A stretch of DNA of 64,000 nt from Octopus sinensis (GCF_006345805.1 NC_043003.1:45012001-45076000); one strand, 5' to 3'. Shown: positions 12,622 through 24,624, counted from the first letter of the stretch. Notes: a model not told the origin generated them from the letters alone. Numbers and translations: made by a program.

Positions 12622-12950
12622 AGGCGACGAGCTGGCAGAGACATTAGCTCGCCGGGCAAATTGCGTAGCCGTATTTCGTGTCTTTACGTTCTGAGTTCAA
12701 ATTTCACCGAGGTCGACTTTGCCTTTCATCCTTTCGGGGTCGATAAATTAAGTACCAGTTACGCACTGTAAACGATGTAATCGACTTAATCGATGTAATC
12801 GACTTAATCGATGTAATCGATGTAATCGACTTAAGTCGATGTAATCGATGTAATCGACTTAAGTCGATGTAATCGACTTAATCCGTTTTTCTGTCCTTGT
12901 TTGTCCCCTCTGTGTTTAGCCGCTTGTGGGTAGTAAAGAAATAGGTATTT
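12622..12950 (+). mobile_element. SINE family B with an internal tandem expansion (12773-12884)
   Basis: Homologous to 6535-6764, with the gatgtaatcgacttaa unit amplified. Confidence 0.85.
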
Positions 12951-13170
12951 TGTGGCCTAGTTGTTAGGGGTGTTGGCTCGTAAGATTGTGCCGTCGATCC
13001 CTGGACCGGGCGACTCGTTGTGTCTCTGAGCAAAACACTTCATTACAAGTTGCTCCCGTGCACTCAGCTTGCAAAAATAAATAATCCTGCGACGGACCGG
13101 CGTCACGTCCAGGTGGGGAATATATACGCCATGAAATCGAGAAACCGGCCCTTATCAGTTAGCAACGACT
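12951..13170 (+). mobile_element. tRNA-headed SINE; first 102 bp identical to 12141-12242
   Basis: Direct comparison, tgtggcctag...cattacaagttg. Confidence 0.7.
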
Positions 13171-13427
13171 CGATAAAGTAAATTTACCTTACCCTTTTAC
13201 ATCATTTGTGGCAGCATTAATCACTATATTCAGAACGCCGAAAACTAAAACAATTCTGTTCCTTTGCAACACGCATTTATTTTTTAACATTGATTAGCGG
13301 ATATTAAAACTGAGTATAACATTTATACATATCCTACATCTCAGTGAAGGAGTGTGCTTATCGAAGTCATGAGCATAAACCTTTCTTCATAACCGAATGA
13401 TAAATCTAAATATACATATACATATAC

Positions 13428-13458
<31 letters not shown>

Positions 13459-13499
13459 CGTGTATGCATGTATGCATGTATGTATGTGTGTGTGTGTGA

Positions 13500-13865
13500 G
13501 TGTGTGTATTGTTGCGTGATAAGACGTTCACTTCGCAACCAGATGGTTTAGGGTTCAGTCCCACTTCATGGTAACTGGTAATTTTGTGAGGTGCTTTCTC
13601 CTACAACCTTGGTCCGATCAGAGTTTGGTGAGCGAAGCTAAAAAAGACTGTCGCATAGATATGCATATATATGTACATGCGTGTGTGTGTGTGTGTCTTG
13701 GTTTTTGTGTCTGCTTTCCCGAACCCACGCTTGACAGCCGCTGTTACTTTGCTTACATCCTCTAACATTGCGGTTCACCATCGAGACCAAAAGTGTATGA
13801 AGCTTTAACAACAATACTGGGGTGGATTCGTTCGACGAGCATTCTCCAAGACGGGCATGGGCAGA
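13500..13865 (+). mobile_element. Diverged SINE family A
   Basis: gggttcagtcccact head, central microsatellite, cttgacagccg..tgtt body. Confidence 0.65.
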
Positions 13866-14085
13866 TTCTAATTCTAATGTTAAACATAAATATATATGTA
13901 AGTATGTGTGTGTGTGTTAATGTTTCCTCTTACATTTAATTATAATAATGAAAATTTTACAATAATCTGAGTCAGTTGCTCCATACATTTGTAGAGTTTA
14001 TTCTTAAAAAAGAATATATTTGACAATGAATTCGCAGTTTCGGGCAATTAAGGCCATTGTAACCGAAAATTCTGTCAGTATGTTC

Positions 14086-14154
<69 letters not shown>

Positions 14155-14158
<4 letters not shown>

Positions 14159-14358
14159 ACCTCGCGAGTACCGCTGGTGATTTTTTTCCCCTGTCTTCCC
14201 TTCTCGGGATCTTTCCTTCTCCTATGTTTCCGACGAAGACCTCCGCTCGAAACGTTAAACCCTCCTTCCCTTCTTTCCTGAGCGTCCAATAATATTTTAT
14301 TTGTTCCACGTCCTCGCGTTGCTGTGTTTTTTTTTGTTTTTTGTGTTTTTGTTTGGAT

Positions 14359-14362
<4 letters not shown>
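14155..14362 (+). mobile_element. PLE pseudo-LTR-like repeat with a minimal HHR-like motif (14226-14260), ending at (TA)n
   Basis: GUUU CCGACGA A GAcC-ucc-GCUC GAAAC GUU AAAC: 4-bp stem I, a U4>C core variant, one stem II mismatch. Same architecture as 9151-9186. Confidence 0.6.
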
Positions 14363-14391
<29 letters not shown>

Positions 14392-14395
<4 letters not shown>

Positions 14396-14683
14396 AAATT
14401 AAGAAAATGCTGACAAAATAATTTAAGTAATCTAATTAGGTGAAAGTTCTTTACCGGTTGCACATTTGTTATGCTTATCAAAAGATGTTTTTTTAAGAGA
14501 GATAGAGTTCCTTTCTGATAGATTTTTTCCTCTTATCAGATAAGAGGAAGAAATCTATCAGAAAGGAACTCTATCTCTCTTAAAAAAACATCTTTTGATA
14601 AGCATAACAAATGTGCAACCGGTAAAGAACCTTCACCTAATTAAATTACTTAAATTATTTTGTCAGCATTTTTTCATTTCCTT
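14392..14683. repeat. Near-perfect 292-bp palindrome with a 1-nt loop at 14538
   Basis: ...cctcttatc-a-gataagagg... The arms are about 146 bp with roughly half a dozen differences. (TA)n lies directly to the left and about 45 bp to the right. Confidence 0.95.
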
Positions 14684-14721
14684 TTTTATATATCACAACT
14701 CGTGTTCCACATCTCCTTTTT

Positions 14722-14771
<50 letters not shown>

Positions 14772-14775
<4 letters not shown>

Positions 14776-16172
14776 CAAAATAGCAACAGGATATCAAAAA
14801 GTGATGCAGTACGACCTATTCAAGCGGCTCTATTTAATTGAATAATGCAATCATTACATCAATTTCAATGTAGTGCTATCATCAGCTGCACAGATAAATA
14901 GAATTTTAACCAGTTAGACACATTCATTTATTGTTTCTCAAATACATTTACAGGGCAAGTGGATGTAAGAAATTCATGTTGTCGCAACTGTTCCAAAGAA
15001 TGGGTAAGGGCAGTTGAGGGTTTCAGGCCGAAGAGATTTTTCAGCTACTGAAGCATATACGAGATGTTTATTCTATATCCATATAAACGTATAAATATTT
15101 GTATATGTGTATATATGCATATATATGCATAACCTATTAACCACTTATCTCTTATAAATTATTATTATTCTTATTCGTAAATAGATAATTTCCAGTTACT
15201 TAAGTCTATGCGAGATGGCTATACTATATCCATATCAACATAAATATCCGTGTATGTGCATGCGTGCACATATATGAATATTCGTGTGTATCCGTTCACA
15301 TCTTTATTTCTGATTCTTAGCTTATAATTAATATATAGATGGCATGTTTATCTTTCCAGTATTCCATAAGTAACTGCCCTGAGAATTCTTGATAGAAACC
15401 ACCTAATAAGTAATTAATTTAGTACATGAATTAAGCTGATTCTTTGTAATCTTTCCTTTTCAATGTTGATAATTGATATATACACATATTTTCCCTATTT
15501 TGGTTTTGATATCATTTTTGATAATCTTAAATTTTATTATCTTTCATACAGCATAAATATCCACCCGTAGTACCCCAACATAAAATTTCTTCTGTATTAA
15601 TATTCTAGGTTTATAAGTGTATTTTCTCTTTAACTAGTAATTAACGTCACGATTTAAAGTCTTCCCCTACCCAGCCTCCTTTTATAGACAGTTACTCAAA
15701 TCCAATTGACTACGCCTAATGTCTTCTTCCTTCCGTGGAGAAAAGGGATCATTATGATAATATTTATGACCATGCATATCCATGAGCTGTCAACACACTC
15801 TTGCACTTCATTCTAAACAGACATAGTCCTCTAGTCGTAGATTTAGTAGTTGATAAAAAGACAAATATATAAGAAATGAACCACAATCCTTTACAAGTTA
15901 TGACCCCAGTGAGCTTCATGCCATTCTTGGAAGTGTCGTCCAAGCTACAATAGCGACAACACAAATTTCTTCCATATTCTTGTTCTTCTAAAGTATTTGA
16001 GAAAAATTATATCAATGTGTCCAACTGGCTAAAATTCTATTTATTTTTGCAGGTGATGATAGCTCTGCATTTAAATTGATGTAATGATTGCATTGTTCAA
16101 TTAAATGGAGCCGCTTGAAACGGTCATACTGCATCACTTCTTGAGATCATGTTGCCTATTTTGCTTTTATTC
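14772..16172 (-). mobile_element. Probable 5'-truncated Penelope-like element with inverted pseudo-LTRs (14772-14945 and 15992-16172)
   Basis: The inverted arms of about 175 bp are directly visible. The spacer ORF 15764-15964 (CCRYC...GVITCK...YIF) resembles the Cys linker and GIY-YIG start of PLEs. CUGAUGA lies at 14879-14885 on the minus strand. The left arm abuts (TA)n. Confidence 0.55.
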
Positions 16173-16246
16173 AACTTACTTCGAGCTGTGCAGATAATAC
16201 GGACTGACTTGGTGTTTCAACTTAAGAACTTAATTCAAGTGAATTT

Positions 16247-16303
<57 letters not shown>

Positions 16304-16809
16304 TATATATATATTCGCATACATTCATATACATTTAGTTATTAGTGATTTATACAAGACCAAATGTTAGGTACAGTAATTTTCGAGAGAAGTGAAAGAG
16401 AAAAGAAAGATGTCAGAATAATGACAGTTGTTTCCCTTAGGCCCTTTACAATGTTTGTTGTAGTTAATTCAACGGGAAAGTTATAGTTTGTGCAACCTGC
16501 TTAATGCAGGCAGGGTGGTGTTTCTCACTTCTACTGCAGAAACTTTTCCAATTGCCTGCATTCTTTTCTGATCTCCATTTCCATTTACTTTTTCACTCTC
16601 ATTCGTTCTTTTCTTTCTCATTTTTTCTCAAATAGCAGCTATATTGTAAGTTCAGACCGAATGATTGATCGATAATACACGGAATGTTATATTAGCTCGT
16701 CCGATCATTGTTTAATCCGACGCATGAAAGTTATAGTAGCATTTATTTAAATCTTGTGTATGCTAAATATTTATACTTCATACTGACAAGACTAAGTTTT
16801 GTTGATACC

Positions 16810-16877
<68 letters not shown>

Positions 16878-17020
16878 ATATGTATATGTGTGTGTAGTTA
16901 AAATTGGGTATAGGATTATTGGACTTGTGAGACGCCCTCGTATAGTCGTTTAGGGCCTAAAAGCACACACATAATATATTGATTGGAGAAATCGAGAATC
17001 ATCTGTCATAGGCTCCAGAA

Positions 17021-17069
17021 CGCCTCTATCACTTGATTTCATTCCACTAGAAATCATCAGTGGGAGGCG
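17021..17069 (-). ncRNA. Degenerate type I hammerhead-like motif
   Basis: CGCCUC-cca CUGAUGA U-UUC-uagug-GAA-U GAAA UC-aagu-GA UA GAGGCG. The core boxes are present but the stem I register is off by 3 nt. It lies about 130 nt upstream of the (TA)n/(TG)n tract at 16811-16894. Confidence 0.35.
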
Positions 17070-17607
17070 CCCTGTTACATCTACAATCGAAACCTTGCTC
17101 CTACGCTATATAGAATATCAATATCTTTTCAGACATTGTTGTAGCAAATAGCCTGCAGGCTTATTAAAAATTATTAACGATTGAAGCAGTAATAATTTAC
17201 CAAAAGGTAATCTTTATATCCAACTTAAAATTATATCTTATTAGAACACCTAACACTGTATTATTATAGTTTTGATATTAATACTGCTTCCACCTCAAAT
17301 AATTAATTTTTGATAAACCTGCTAGCTATTAGTGACATCCGTGCTGGAAAGATTCTGATATTCTATATATCGTAGCAGCGAGATATGACTGATATGCGGT
17401 GAGCAGATTCATCATAAACATGATTTCCAATAGAACGAGATCACGTGATATAGCGGTTTCGGCGCCTTTGACAGACGAATTTCATCTGCTACCATCTATC
17501 TATAAATTGATATTTAATATACATGAGGATTTATCCAAAAGAAACCGTAATTTTGCAATATCATTTTATTCACTTTGTTTTATATATTTACGCTTTCATT
17601 GCTTTCT

Positions 17608-18476
17608 TTATTATTCTCCATTTGAAGAAATGCATCTGTCGATACACGTTTTCCACTGTTCGAATCAGTCCTAGAACTCTTTCGAAATGATGCATATTAA
17701 CGACCCCGTCGTTTTTTCTTCATCTCTTCCACATCTACAAAAGCTGTCTTATGCTCAGGGTGGTGTGCACAAGAGCATTATCATGATGAAACCAGCACTC
17801 TACACTTTTCCACTGGTCGGGGCCTTTTCGTCTCTCCGCGTGGCGCGAACGCTTATGAACTGCGAAGTAAGATGTCTGGTTAGCAGTTTGACCAGGAGGA
17901 AAAATTCTTTGTAGACAATTCCTTTAGCATCGATGAAAAAATCATTATCTTGACACTAGACTTGTCGCGCTTTTGTGGAACGTGGTGTCATTGAAGGCTT
18001 CCATTAACTTGATTGCATCGTTGTCGTAGCACCAGTTTTCGTTACCAGTTAAAATTTCGGATCAACTTCCAACAGTTCTTACAGCTGGCGATACACATTC
18101 AGTCGTGACTGCTTTCAATCTTCCGTCAGGAAGCGAGGCACAAATTTTGCTGCAACACTTTTCATTCGCAATCCCTCGCTCAAACTTCGTTGGGAGGAGC
18201 TCCAGGAAACAGCAATTGTAACACCAATTAGTCAACGGTTCTCCAAGATCAGCTCATTTATTTTCGTGATGTTTTCATTTGTTCGGGAGGTCGACGGTCG
18301 CACCGAACGAGGTTGGCCTTCAAACGACAAGTGATCATTCCTAAAGCGTGAAAATTTGTTTTTCTCATGGTAGCGTCCTTGTAAGCTGTCGAAGAATGTT
18401 AACTGTTTCGGCTGCCGTTTTTCCTCAGCAGAAAAAGGAATTTCACGGAAGCACGCTATTCTTTCGTTTCAGCCAT
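17608..18476 (-). pseudogene. mariner transposase pseudogene (copy A) with an internal deletion
   Basis: ATG at 18476; ...PSTSRTNENITKINELILEN, HHDNALVHT, EQWKTCIDRCISSNGE. Contains stops and frameshifts, and the YSPDLAP segment is absent. Confidence 0.85.
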
Positions 18477-18484
18477 CGACAAAA

Positions 18485-18790
18485 ATCGATGAACAGGGGA
18501 GAAGCAAGGAGCAAGGTCGGGTGAATAGAAATTGTCAGTAAACGGAGTCATGCCATTTTTTCTTTAAAACTATCACACTCAAGGTGATGAGCGAAGGCAA
18601 TGAAACTACTACCCTCCACATTTCCATTGGTTCGGACATTTTCCTTTTGGCGTGTCTCCGAAACGCTTCAGAACTGCCAAGAAAATTGTTTGGTGAAAAT
18701 TTGACCAGAAGGAACAAATTTTGCGTGGACGAACCTTTTATCATCGATGTGCATGAGGAAAGTGACCAGTGAAGACCTGAACTCAAACGC
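18485..18790 (-). pseudogene. mariner transposase fragment (copy B), in tandem upstream of copy A
   Basis: IDDKRFVHAKFVPSGQ ... KNGMTPFTDNFYSPDLAPC. Confidence 0.8.
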
Positions 18791-18844
18791 ACCGGGAATA
18801 ATATGGTGATATCTTAGTGTTTGCGTATGTGTGTATTTCCCTGA

Positions 18845-19252
18845 AGGTCATAGCTCTGTGGTAAGAAGCTGGCTTCCCAGCCACATGGTTCCGGGTCCAG
18901 TCCCACTGCGTGGCACCTTCAGAAATTGTCTTCTACTATATCCTCAGGCCAACTACATCATTGTGAATGGATTTATTACACGAAAACTGAAAGAATCCCG
19001 TCGTAGATAAATATATGTATATATATTTATATATGTGCGTGTGGGATTCTTTTATTCTCTGTTTGTCTCTCACCACCTCACAAGCAGTGTTGGTGTGCTT
19101 ACGTCCACGAAAACTTAGCGGTTCCAGAAGAAAGAGCGATAGTATAAGTAACAAACTTTTAAAAAACGTGCTGGTGTCTATTCATTCGACTAAAATCTCT
19201 TCAAGGCACAAAGCCATCATGACTGAAATCTAATGACTGAAACAAGTAAAAG
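18845..19252 (+). mobile_element. SINE family A
   Basis: ccacatggttccgggtccagtcccactgcgtggcacc head and the family tail. Confidence 0.8.
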
Positions 19253-19253
19253 A

Positions 19254-19293
<40 letters not shown>

Positions 19294-21244
19294 AAGCGTG
19301 TTACCGGGGTTTTGCGAAAAATGCATGCAAATACATATTCATAAAATGTATATTAATATATACACATACGCATTTGTATATATATATATGTGTGTGTGTG
19401 TATATGTATGTATATATAATATGTGTAGTGGCTGTACACATATACATATATGTATGTGTGTGTGTGTGTGTCAAAAGTGTTAATACTGTTGCCCCTACTC
19501 ACTCTGCCCGTATGCATAGCTGTGCATTATACAATATAATGTGAAAATCTTTGTCCGGACTCAAAAATCATACAAGGGCCTCATTTATCATCAATAAATA
19601 CTCATTTTAGTGAGTTTTCCTAGCAATGGCTTCGCATGTATACGGGAAAGCAGCTAAGGTATATATGTGTGTGCGTGTGTATGTGTGCGTGTGTGTATAT
19701 TTATTCATGTATGTATATATACATACAGGAACTTGTGAATCTATGCATTTATATTTGTATGATATTACACAAGTGTACTTATACTGGCATATATTTATAC
19801 TTGTGTATTTGTCTATGTGTTTGAAATTGCGGGTTTATAAACGTGTGAACATCTACTTTTGTGTATATGTAATTTATGTAATAATAAGTATGCATGTATG
19901 TTTGTACTTGTCTGTGAACCTGTGTAGACACAGAGGCTCACAGGAACACAAGTGTTCATACACACGTGTGCATGCATACATAGACACACATATGTACATT
20001 TAGAGTCCTTCTCACACATGGACATTCATATAGCGCTATATTATTTCCGGGGAATTTGAGCTAATGAATCTGTTTGTATGTTTGTTTCTTTGTTTGTGCG
20101 TTTGTGTGAATATATATATATACGTATAAAGGGGAATGTGTATATATACATGCATATATATATATATTTATAATGCATACTCGCATCGTATACATTACAA
20201 ACGTATATTGATATATACATGCATACATATGCCCAGTTTGAATTTTATCCAACTAGTCATTGGCTTAAAATCTTATCGATTACAACTCTCATAGATTTTT
20301 TTCAGTATAAACGTCTTTTTCATGTTTGTTAGGATACAATATTCAATCATTTTTTTCCTGTTTCTCTTTGGTATTTATTTACCTCTTTATTGAATTTACG
20401 CTTTCTAAAACGGAGAATACTTTCTGGCGCCGTTGGATATGAAATTAAAATAAAAAGTAAAAACATACATGGTTTAGTTTCTTGATACAATGCCAGTTTT
20501 ATTATAGAGATTTGTGAAGTGAATTGATACGATGCTAGTTTATTATTTAGAGTTGGATAGTTAATCATTTTTCCAACATAGGGAAATTCTGGACCCTCTT
20601 TGGTTTTTGTTTCCAAAGGCTTGAATGTGTTTAGATTCAAACAGCTGTTGAATGTATATCTCTTAGATTCTAATAGTACTTCTCATAGATATTTTGTACT
20701 GTTGTTCTATATCTGTTCACATTCTATAGGACCAGTTTATAATTCATGCATTTGATAAACAAAACTTTTATTACATTTCAACATACATAATCTGTTGCAC
20801 ATGATTAACATGTGACGTGGAGTCATCTTGTCTGCCGTTATACAGCTATTATTGTTCTTTAGTGATTTCTGCTTTAATGCTGGCTTCAGTTGAAAACCCT
20901 TATCTTTCTCCTTGATTTTTCTCCATCTCTAATTTACCCGCAAATGATACATTGTTTTCTTCACTTAATGCATTGCACCCTGATGCATTTGGCGAACCCA
21001 GAAAGTCAAAAACCTAAAACTATATTCCATACACATGTTGCCCATTAACACTTAATCTTCAAACATTTAACAGAATATTTGCCTTAATAAACTCTTTTGC
21101 AAATATCAAAATTTCATCCTAGAAATCCCTGGAATGCTTGCTGGCATTCTAGAGTTAAATGTAAAATGGGTATCCTATACAGTTGTTTTACTTTCTAATT
21201 ATAAATAATCGAAGAGAGTTATTAAAAATGTACTACCCAAGCTT

Positions 21245-22850
21245 GTTCTTTACCTCCACATCTTAACATCTCTGTTGTGAAGCCATAACTCTGAGGAGCT
21301 TTGTCTGCTTTATCAGTTTGAGCGCGTTTTCAATTCCATTTACCAAAATAGGTAACAATTCTTTCAGCATTTGTGGCGGTTGTGAATCTAGCTTCAGAGA
21401 TAATTTGAAAAAGGTGGTGTAGAAAGTGTAGCATACCTCTTCTATCTCCACCTTTTGTCTGTCATCAAGAGTTTCCTAGTTCTTAACCGCTGTCATCTCT
21501 AACCTATATATTTTTAGCTCCTCGGCAGCCTGCATCAATTTCTTCATTTAATAATTCTCGAAGTAATTTTCTACATATCTACTCGCTATGCAGACAATGG
21601 AATACTCGAGGTGATCTTTCATTTTCCTTTCCATATCTTTCGTTTCTCTGGTATTTTTTTTGTTCCCTTTGAAATTCCCCCTTCAAGCAGCCGCTGGCTT
21701 TCAGGTCTTGCAGCTTTTAAATTTTTGGATTATCAAAAACTATCTTGCTTCAAGAGAAGAGTGGTAAAAAATATCAAAGGACTATCGCTTCCTATGCCTC
21801 TTGCCTTACATCTGTAAGCAATTTACAAAGACTGTCGTCACCAGTCTATCGAAGCACCTCGATAACCAACAGCTTTGACAGTAAATCAGGTTTCTGTACG
21901 AAGTGCATCACGATAGACCAGATATCCATTCTCATAACGCTCCTAAAGCGAGATTATGAATACACGTTTACTCAGTGAAAATGAACATAGCGTTGATAGA
22001 CTTGGAAATGCATGTGTCGAGGCGCAATACATCAAAATGTTGAGATGCAAGTCTAGATACAAAAAAAATATACTTCTACTATCACAACCAGTAAAATTAC
22101 CATGCCAGGAGATATCATCTCTCCAAAGCTCTTTACTGCATATCTAGAAATGGCCATGAGGGAATTTGACTGGACATCAATGGTGAACAACTAACCACAC
22201 CTCCGATTCCCACATGACATTGTACACGTCACTTAAAAAAAAAAACAGACCAGCTGCAAACTATAATGACAGACCTGGACATTCATATCCTACCATGAAA
22301 GCCAATTGTATGCTGTCTGAGACGTAGCACAAGCGGTGAAATTCTGCTTAGGGTACTGAGTGAATGTGCTGAGATATGGATATATTACAGTGTCATGGAT
22401 ACATAAATACATTACGAAATGCGTATTTGATTTCGCAAAGGGTGGGGATTCGGAAAGAACCAGTTTCTCATCCTTTCAGTTTGAACAACCATACAATGAA
22501 TAATTTCTGGCGTGTAGTATTCGATTGGTTTAAAAAAAAAAGAAGCATATTGCATTTCCGAAATTAGATATTATTAACACTTCCATCAATATGATAAAAG
22601 TAAACAATTTTGCTATATTTTATTGTAAGTAATATATGATGAACTTTGTTCGCAGGAATCGTTTTCTGTAATGATAAATTATATTTTCGAGGTGATCGGC
22701 ACGTATTGTAAATATTTGTGAATGGAACAACTGCGTAATATCTGCATAGCACCATATTGCGTCGTTGCCTCGAACGAATGATCGTATGTAGTATAGTGAC
22801 ACGCGAAACAATAAGAAAAAGAACAAAAACACGTGAAGTGAAGTATTTGA
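21245..22850. mobile_element. RTE-clade LINE remnant in alternately oriented pieces
   Basis: Minus 21245-21620: pre-RT linker (EIEEVCYTFYTTFF...ALKLIK). Plus 21660-22330: RT (GFCTKCITIDQI; PGDIISPKLFTAYLE; LRFPHDIV for LRFADDIV). Probable minus piece at 22570-22750. Plus 22750-22850: RRCLERMI...IRKRTK. Confidence 0.7.
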
Positions 22851-22852
22851 GA

Positions 22853-22853
<1 letters not shown>

Positions 22854-22919
<66 letters not shown>

Positions 22920-22943
22920 GTTGTTGTTGTTGTTGTTGTTGTT
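22854..22943 (+). repeat. (ATT)n-(GTT)n microsatellite, possibly the RTE tail
   Basis: Directly visible, immediately after the RTE C-terminal fragment. Confidence 0.9.
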
Positions 22944-24219
22944 AACGAGATATTATAAACATTTTAGTAGAAATCATTTTAGTTATGTGATTCTAAAACA
23001 AATTAATCCTTTAGTACGTAGAAATGGCAGTTATTGAGTGTAATAGTTAACGACGTGGCGATATTCGAGGTGCTTTAGTTTCCTATTCTAAATTCCTTCG
23101 GGTACATTTAAAACTCTGCTAACTTTACATTTATCCTGAAGTAGAGTGTTTACGTTTATATGCTCTCTATTTAAATCCAGCGTGTCAATGTTAATCACTG
23201 TGGCATGGAAATAACAGAAATAAAATATAGTTCGTATAATACTGCGTAGTGAGTCCTTCACTGCTCTCAAGTTTTGATTCCCTCTCGGAATCGATTATCT
23301 TCAGTTATGTCAAGCTTTCTAGAATCATAAAAATTATGAACGGTACAACGCACATTTCTTCCCAAGACTTAATGACTATTAAATTGCTAGCGAAATCCAC
23401 AGTTATATTAGTGTATCATAGCTTAGATAATTAGTGATATCATACGAATTATAACCAGACATTAATAAATGAAATGATCTGTAAAACATGTGAATGGGTC
23501 TTTCCCTCATATCTCTGAGTACAAACTTTGGCACACCTCATATGTTTAACATTCATATTGTTAATAAAATCGTTACCCTTTTTCTCCTTTTAATTTCTCC
23601 CCCCAAGATCTACATTTTTCTGCAGCAGAACCGTCAAATCCAAAGGCTTTCACACATCTTCAGTAAAAAATTCGTCGTAAAATTTCTGGATTCCAAGTGA
23701 GACGTCTTTTAACAGATTTTATGATAAAGATCGTACAGCCTCGTCGTCTGAAGTTTTTACATTATCTAATGTGATCACTGGTGATCTTTAAGAGGATACG
23801 ATTTTGCGATTTGAAGGAAATGTAGCTGTTCATTTTAGCAATTTCAACAGCCCCTAAGAAGTTCCCCCTCTTATTTTCTCTGGGGAAACATATCAATGTA
23901 AGTATTTTAACTTGCTCCATGAGTGATTTGAATATACTAATACTATATTAATTAGTTATTTTGTTGGCTTCGCTGAGAAAAACTACAACTCAGCACGGCA
24001 TATGCCCATTAAAGTTTTCGTTGAATGTAACGTAGGGAATTCTGTCCCTTGACCCATGCATGATAATTTTCACTAATGCTAATTACATTCCGTTACTTGG
24101 GTTCAAGAAACCTTTGTAAATGTTGTAATGATAGTAATATTTGTTGATCGTTACTTTTCACAAAAGAGGGCTATACCTTTAGAGTGGTTATCCATCAGGT
24201 GTTGAAGTTTGTGGTAGCT

Positions 24220-24352
24220 GGGCGTGCGGCAGGGACAGCAATTTAAATGGAATGAATTAGCGCGTGAAATAAATCCTCCTCTGTGAAAACGAGGCGAAAA
24301 TATTGATTGGGCGTGGGAATGGGTTCTATATTGCGGAGATTCTACCTATAAG
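24220..24352 (+). promoter_or_regulatory. Possible Pol II promoter-like motif cluster
   Basis: GGGCGTG (24220-24226), reverse CCAAT (ATTGG 24306-24310), GGGCGTGGG (24309-24317) and TATAAG (24347-24352) in repeat-free sequence. Motif match only. Confidence 0.2.
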
Positions 24353-24586
24353 GATAATTGAAGAATATGGAGCTAGCAATATATAGTGGATGATAAATTT
24401 GTTTCGGAAGGGAAATGATAATTGCCGATTACTGAGTATTCGTAGAAAGAAAGCCGCCACTGATTAAATCTCCACAAATCTAGTACTTCTTTTCATTTAA
24501 TCCTGAGATGTATCGGTGATATAGAATTATAGTCGTTATCATCGTCGTTGTTTTGTTTTGTTCTTGTTTTGTTTTTGTTCTTAAAG

Positions 24587-24624
24587 CCAATGATAAAGCG
24601 GCTGCAGCTAAACAGTTTTCAAAG
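24587..24624 (+). CDS. Candidate 38-nt micro-exon, product unknown
   Basis: Long T-rich tract plus AG before it and AAG|GTATCA after it. Open frames: NDKAAAAKQFSK or MIKRLQLNSFQ. Confidence 0.22.

Noticed and set aside
14840-14895. CUGAUGA...GAAA in the left pseudo-LTR as a functional HHR
   Set aside because: Stems I and II do not pair convincingly, and the copy in the other arm has lost both boxes. Kept only as positional support.
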